From an uncultured Verrucomicrobiae bacterium (GTDB lineage Bacteria > Verrucomicrobiota > Verrucomicrobiia > Limisphaerales > JAFGQR01), in NCBI GenBank assembly GCA_963788655.1, contig CAWBHS010000114.1:1-64000 (forward strand): a stretch of 64,000 nt of DNA, written 5' to 3'. The notes under the pieces are model-generated. The model saw nothing but the letters and a program-made list of their open reading frames with translations. It had not been told where the DNA came from and ran no database searches. The position numbers were made by a program, and so were the translations under genes. Shown here piece by piece: positions 61,374 to 64,000 of the stretch; positions within the stretch are counted from its first letter, which is position 1; each line of letters begins with the position of its first letter.

Positions 61374-62555
61374 TTAGTGGGATCCGGCTTCGTGGACCTG
61401 AGGTCGCGATTTGATTTTGTTCAGTCGAGTTTCCCGGGAGCGATGGAAATAATCATCCAGCAGTTCAATCTGGAATTCCTTGACCATATCGTCGGTCGTG
61501 ACCGATCCATGTTCGCTCGTAATTAAAACGGCACCCAGTTGACCGGGGTCCCTGATGGTGACCTTGCTCCCGTACTTCGCCTTGAGCTCCTTCAATTTTC
61601 CCCAGTTGTAATCCAGGTGAACCACACGATTGTCGAGGTTGATCCGGGCCACGGTGAAATCAAAGTAATTGCTGGTCGAGGCCACCACTTCCCCCAGCGG
61701 GTTGCGAATTTCCGAAGGTGTCTCCCTGCCTCCGATCGCCCCCACAAAGAAGGCTCGGCACCGGTAGGCCCAATAGCGTTGCATCAGCCCGCCATGATAC
61801 ATGGATGAAAACAGAATGATGTCGGGTTTGGCCTGAACGTGCTTTTGGAGAACTTCATCAAAGTTCAAATCAAAACAGATCGCACACGCTACTTTGCCGA
61901 AATCGCAGTCAATGACGGGCACTTCGTTGCCAGGGACCATGCCGTTTTCGATTTCCCCAATGGTCGGGAAGTTCTTGTTATAAATCCCGGCCACCTTTCC
62001 CTCCCGGTCCAACACTACGCTTGAGTTTCGCCACCCTCCGTCAGCCTGTTCACGTTTGGTCCCAAACGCGACGTAACAATGATTCGCCTTGGCCACCGAA
62101 GCGAAGAAATCGAGAACCTGGTTCTTGCGCGCGCGGTAGTAAGCAAACTGCTCTTCGACACTCAAGCCACCGGGGCGGTCACACGCCTCCGGCAAAACGA
62201 TCAAGTCGGGTTTGTCCGGCAGAACCTGCTGCAATTCTCGGCGCCAGAAGTTTTTCACCTGGTCCACGATCTTCTCCATGCCCTGGGCCTTGTCGTACGC
62301 CGGCGGGTGGTTGCCGATGGTGGCCACGGTAACGTAGTCGGAGGCGTGCAGTGGCGCAGTGATCAATAGCAGAAACAAGCATGGAGAAATCGCGGTCAGG
62401 GCTTGTGTTGGAATTCGGCGGACCTGTAGCCGCCGACGTAAGGAAGCGGACCTTTTGAATACTTGGCGATGCCAAATCCGCCTCCTCACGTCAGCGGCTA
62501 CTCTTTTCAAACACGCTCTTGGTACGAGACTTTTTGAATTCAGATGTGCGTTCAT
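61374..62555 (-). CDS. Secreted carbon-nitrogen hydrolase (nitrilase superfamily)
   Basis: E-K-C triad: LIVLPE, YNK, AICFD; start uncertain because of a repeat insertion. Confidence 0.85.
   Translation of the reverse strand: MNAHLNSKSLVPRACLKRVAADVRRRIWHRQVFKRSASLRRRLQVRRIPTQALTAISPCLFLLLITAPLHASDYVTVATIGNHPPAYDKAQGMEKIVDQVKNFWRRELQQVLPDKPDLIVLPEACDRPGGLSVEEQFAYYRARKNQVLDFFASVAKANHCYVAFGTKREQADGGWRNSSVVLDREGKVAGIYNKNFPTIGEIENGMVPGNEVPVIDCDFGKVACAICFDLNFDEVLQKHVQAKPDIILFSSMYHGGLMQRYWAYRCRAFFVGAIGGRETPSEIRNPLGEVVASTSNYFDFTVARINLDNRVVHLDYNWGKLKELKAKYGSKVTIRDPGQLGAVLITSEHGSVTTDDMVKEFQIELLDDYFHRSRETRLNKIKSRPQVHEAGSH
62398..62519. mobile_element. Small palindromic MITE-like insertion
   Basis: Ends AGGGCTTGTGTTGGAA / TTCAAACACGCTCT; internal GTAGCCGCCGACGTAAGG...CCTCACGTCAGCGGCTAC inverted pair. 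Confidence 0.7.
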
Positions 62556-62692
62556 TTCAGATTTATCCTCATCCTCGTGGGGGAGTGCAAGTGCATCCGG
62601 GGCGCCAGAGTTACAGGCCGAGGCCTTCATTCCTGATGCGATGGCAAAAGGGCGATAGCAAAGTAACGAAAGATGCCCCAGGCGACCGCAGC

Positions 62693-63026
62693 TCAACGCG
62701 GCAAGTCAAGAACACGACTAATCGCATCCTCCAGTGCCTCCAAGTCGTCAGCACTCAGGAAACCTTTGGCGCTAACGAAGCGGCGTTTGTCCACGGCGCG
62801 GATTTGATCTACCACGGCTACGGCATCCGGCCCAGCGCTCGGCATGGCCACCACAACAGGAGGAAAGGCTTTTGGCGAGTTGCTCAAGGGCACGACCACC
62901 GGCGTGCGTCGTAGTTTGTTGACCGTGGCATGCGACACGACCACACAAGGCCGCTGTTTACTGATTTCGCTGCCAACGGTCGGGTCGAGGTTGATCCACC
63001 AGAATCTGGCCTCGCTTGGGCGTCAT
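62693..63026 (-). pseudogene. MazF/PemK toxin with +1 frameshift near 63003
   Basis: Removing one T gives MTPKRGQIWWINLDPTVGSEISKQRPCVVVS...VVPLS...DQIRAVDKRR (334 nt = 333+1). Confidence 0.85.
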
Positions 63027-63238
63027 TGGTCGTGAAGGTTGAGTTTCTCCCAGTCTTCCATGTCCAACTCAACCTCTTTCAAACTGTTCGCTCCCTGACA
63101 TGCTTCCGCCAACTGGTTATCGGTGGCGCGAAGCTTCTTCGCCAGCAAGCTAGCCACAATTTGCGACTGCCTCTCCTGCGGGTAGGAGGATTGAAACTGC
63201 CGCGCGAGAGCGTCGGGTAATGTGAACGTCATTTTCAT
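63023..63238 (-). CDS. Putative RHH-type antitoxin
   Basis: MKMTFTLPDAL...; ATGA overlap with MazF-like gene. Confidence 0.7.
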   Translation of the reverse strand: MKMTFTLPDALARQFQSSYPQERQSQIVASLLAKKLRATDNQLAEACQGANSLKEVELDMEDWEKLNLHDQ

Positions 63239-63585
63239 GGCAGTAGAATCCAATTGTGGCTCTGGGTTGTCAACCAACCGTCGGGATGCGCTGTTGTTTG
63301 CCGATGCAGCAACGAAGTCGTCTTGGTCGCGGCCAGCGTCTGGCCAGCCCCGTGCGAGCAAATTCAAACGCCAGAGGACGTCCGGATGGAATTCGTTTAC
63401 CAGGTGGCTCCCAGCGCGCGTAACTACAGGAGGATGGACTTCTGGCCCGAGATCAGCCATGATCAAATCACGTGTGTGACGCAGAACCTGAACAACAAAG
63501 AAGATTAGACCATGCCGGACGGAACGAGGCTGCGGCCGTTTGCTTTCCCCGGTACCCGCAGTAAACGATGCCAGCAACTGAAACC

Positions 63586-64000
63586 ATGACGATTTTGGTC
63601 CTTCATGGACCCAATTTGAATCTCCTGGGCAAACGTGACTCGGCCCGATACGGGACAATCACCTTGGCGGAAATCAACGCCGCGCTCGATACGTTGGCGC
63701 GGGAACTTGGCGTTCGGGTGGAGTTCTTCCAGTCGAATCACGAGGGCGCCATCATTGACTTCCTGCAACAGGATTCCTCCCGCGCCGCTCATGGTGTGCT
63801 GGTCAATCCGGGCGCGCTGATCCGTTACGCTTACTGTTTTCGACAGGCGCTGGTGGATTTGGGCAAACCCGTCATGGAAGTCCACATGTCGGACATCAAA
63901 CGGACGGGCGTCAACCAGGCGGTCAACGTCCTGGACGATGTCCGGATCGGTCAGGTCACCGGACTCAAAGAGGAGAGTTATTATGAGGGGCTGAAACAGC
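63586..64000 (+). CDS. aroQ: Type II 3-dehydroquinate dehydratase (3'-partial)
   Basis: ILVLHGPNLNLLGKR, FQSNHEG, NPGA, EVHMSD; in-frame ATG also at 63568. Confidence 0.92.
   Translation, partial: MTILVLHGPNLNLLGKRDSARYGTITLAEINAALDTLARELGVRVEFFQSNHEGAIIDFLQQDSSRAAHGVLVNPGALIRYAYCFRQALVDLGKPVMEVHMSDIKRTGVNQAVNVLDDVRIGQVTGLKEESYYEGLKQ

Noticed and set aside
1..64000. tRNA/rRNA genes
   Set aside because: No cloverleaf or rRNA-like sequence recognised by eye; tRNAscan/barrnap not run

Overview
GC-rich bacterial window, most likely a Verrucomicrobiota (PVC) genome or MAG. This is inferred from the rpsL-rpsG-fusA-rpsJ order without tuf, the absence of rpmD, and the dispersed palindromic repeats. 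Bases 1-9330 form an accessory island. It has four small toxin/immunity cassettes whose variable toxin tips all begin after an invariant TTGCCGCAAAGAC ((L/V)AAKT) junction, preceded by short hydrophobic leaders. The cassettes flank a ~1.1-kb highly structured non-coding region, a truncated XRE regulator, an N-terminally truncated Toprim/P-loop primase and an intact tyrosine recombinase, followed by an Rhs/YD fragment and an empty leader. This island is the best candidate for an undescribed system, a possibly recombinase-shuffled polymorphic toxin array. The rest holds an M42 peptidase, secreted M10 and IPT/TIG proteins, a GH127, gnd, a tal/pgi remnant and an SDR. It also holds the full str-S10-spc-alpha ribosomal protein supercluster (minus strand, with a cluster of probable sequencing frameshifts at ~35.6-39.3 kb), REP/MITE-like repeats, an OPT transporter and CotH. 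Two type II TA pairs, a ~2400-aa secreted multidomain protein, several decayed genes, a nitrilase-family hydrolase and a partial aroQ complete the window. No tRNA, rRNA or CRISPR array was seen. All family assignments come from reading motifs by eye; no database searches were run.
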